Positions 59,501 to 64,000 of a DNA stretch of 64,000 bases are shown here, in pieces (the first letter of the stretch is position 1; every line of letters starts with the position of its first letter). A program made the position numbers and the translations under genes. The notes beneath the pieces are model-generated. The model was not told the DNA's origin, ran no database searches, and worked only from the letters and a program-made list of their open reading frames with translations. Source of the DNA: the human T2T-CHM13v2.0 reference genome, Homo sapiens. The stretch is taken from assembly GCF_009914755.1 (NCBI RefSeq), contig NC_060933.1; one strand, given 5' to 3'.

Positions 59501-60531
59501 GGAGGAGCCAAGATGGCCGAATAGGAACAGCTCCAGTCTACAGCTCCCAGCGTGAGCGACACAGAAGACAGGTGATTTCTGCATTTCCAACTGAGGTACC
59601 GGGTTCATCTCACTGGGGATTGCCAGACAGTAGGTGCAGGACAGTGGGTGCAGTGGACCATGCGCGAGCGGAAGCAGGGCGAGGCATTGCCTCACCCGGG
59701 AAGCGCAAGGGGTCAGGGAATTCCCTTTCCTAGTCAAAGAAAGGGGTGACAGACGGCACCTGGAAAATCCGGTCACTCCACCCTAATACTGCACTTTTCC
59801 AATGGGCTTAAAAAACGGCACACCAGGAGATTATATCCCGCACATGGCTCAGAGGGTCCTATGCCCATGGTGTCTCACTCATTGCTAGCACAGCAGTCCG
59901 AGATCAAACTGCAAGGCAGCAGTGAGGCTGGGGTAGGGGCGCCCACCATTGCTGAGTTAGTTGTTTGATTAGGTAAACAAAGCAGCCAGGAAGCTCGAAC
60001 TGGGTGGAGCCCACCACAGCTCAAGGAGGCCTGCCTGCCTCTGTAGGCTCCACCTCTGGGGGCAGGGCACAGACAAACAAAAAGACAGCAGTAACCTCTG
60101 CAGACTTAAATGTCCCTGTCTGACAGCTTTGAAGAGAGTAGTGGTTCTCCCAGCACGCAGCTGGAGATCTGAGAACGGGCAGACTGCCTCCACAAGTGGG
60201 TCCCTGACCCCCGAGTAGCCTAACTGGGAGGCACCCCACAGTAGGGGAGGACTGACACCTCACACGGCTGGGTACTCCTCTGAGACAAAAGATTCAGAGG
60301 AACCATCAGGCAGCAGCATTTGCGGTTCACCAATATCCGCTGTTCTGCAGCCATAGCTGCTGGTACCCAGGCAAACAGGGTCTGGAGTGGACCTCTAGCA
60401 AACTCCAACAGACCTGCAGCTGAAGGTCCTGTCTGTTACAAGGAAAACAAACAAACAGAAAGGACATCCACACCAAAAACCCATCTGTATGTCACCATCA
60501 TCAAAGACCAAAGGTAGACAAAACCACAAAG
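59501..60531 (+). promoter_or_regulatory. L1 5'UTR internal sense/antisense promoter
   Basis: Intact YY1 site caagatggcc near the 5' end; partial CpG retention. Confidence 0.7.
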
Positions 60532-61550
60532 ATAGGAAAAAAACAGAGCAAAAAAACTGGAAACTCTAAAAATCAGAGCACCTCTCCTCCTCCAAAGTAA
60601 TGCAGCTCCTCACCAGCAACGGAACAAAGCTGGACGGAGAATGACTTTGACGAGTTGAGAGAAGAAGGCTTCAGACCATCAAACTAACTCCGAGCTACAG
60701 GAGGAAATTCGAACCAATGGCAAAGAAGTTAAAAGCTTTGAAAAAAAAATTAGACAAGTGGATAACTAGAATAACCAATGGAGACAAGTCCCTAAAGGAC
60801 CTGATGGAGCTGAAAACCAAGGCCCAAGAGCTACGTGACGAATGCCGAATCCTCAGGAGCCAATGCGATCAACTGGAAGAAAGGGTATCAGTGATGGAAG
60901 ATGAAATGAATGAAATGAAGCGAGAAGAGAAGTTTAGAGAAAAAAGAATAAAAAGAAATGAACAAAGCCTCCAAGAAATATGGGACTATGTGAAAAGACC
61001 AAATCTACGTCTGATTGGTGTACCTGAAAGTGACAGGGAGAATGGAACCAAGTTGGAAGACAATCTGCAGGATATTATCCAGGAGAACTTCCCCAATCTA
61101 GCAAGGCAGGCCAACATTCAACTTCAGGAAATACAGAGAACCCCACAAAGATACTCCTCGAGAAAAGCAACTCCAAGACACATAATTGTCAGATTCACCA
61201 AAGTTGAAATGAAGGAAAAAATGTTAAGGGCAGCCAGAGAGAAAGGTCGGATGACCCACAAAGGGAAGCCCATCAGACTAACAGCTGATCTCTCGGCAGA
61301 AACTCTACAAGCCAGAAGAGAGTGGGGACCAATATTCAACATTCTTAAAGAAAAGAATTTTCAACCCAGAATTTCATAACCAGCCAAACTAAGCTTCATA
61401 AGTGAAGCAGAAATAAAATACTTTACAGACAAGCAAATGCTGAGAGATTTTGTCACCACCAGGCCTGCCCTAAAAGAGCTCCTGAAGGAAGCACTAAACA
61501 TGGAAAGGAACAACCGGTACCAGCCACTGCAAAAACATGCCAAACTGTAA
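60532..61550 (+). pseudogene. L1 ORF1p, disrupted
   Basis: Start codon ATG>ATA at 60532, early stop, frameshifts; 60717-61379 still open for 220 codons. Confidence 0.95.
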
Positions 61551-61613
61551 AGACCATCAAGGCTAGGAAGAAATTGCATCAACTAACGAGCAAAATAACC
61601 AGCTAACATCATC

Positions 61614-64000
<2,387 letters not shown>

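Overview
Repeat-dense, AT-rich, CpG-depleted primate (human-like) genomic DNA, intronic or intergenic. I see no protein-coding gene I can support and cannot name the locus. Contents: a full-length dead L1PA7-like LINE-1 (4466-10768) with target-site duplication (TSD); the 5' 4.5 kb of an L1PA3/4-like LINE-1 (59501 to window end); two short L1PA 3' fragments; about 18 Alus; several MaLR LTRs, one set nested; a decayed ERVL (HERV16/ERV3-16A3-like) internal region plus LTR16; an ancient CR1/L3 LINE fossil; DNA-transposon fossils; and MIR, L2 and L1M relics. Long ORFs in the track are L1 fragments, Alu or simple-repeat read-throughs, or chance. The most interesting unexplained structures are a ~300-bp CAY triplet array grown inside a MIR that opens poly-His and poly-Met frames, two diverged local duplications, a candidate minus-strand non-coding exon, a CTCF-like motif and ORF0 homologues in both long L1s. 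I found no convincing novel biological system. Subfamily names are from recalled consensus features, not a database search, and boundaries of old repeats are approximate.
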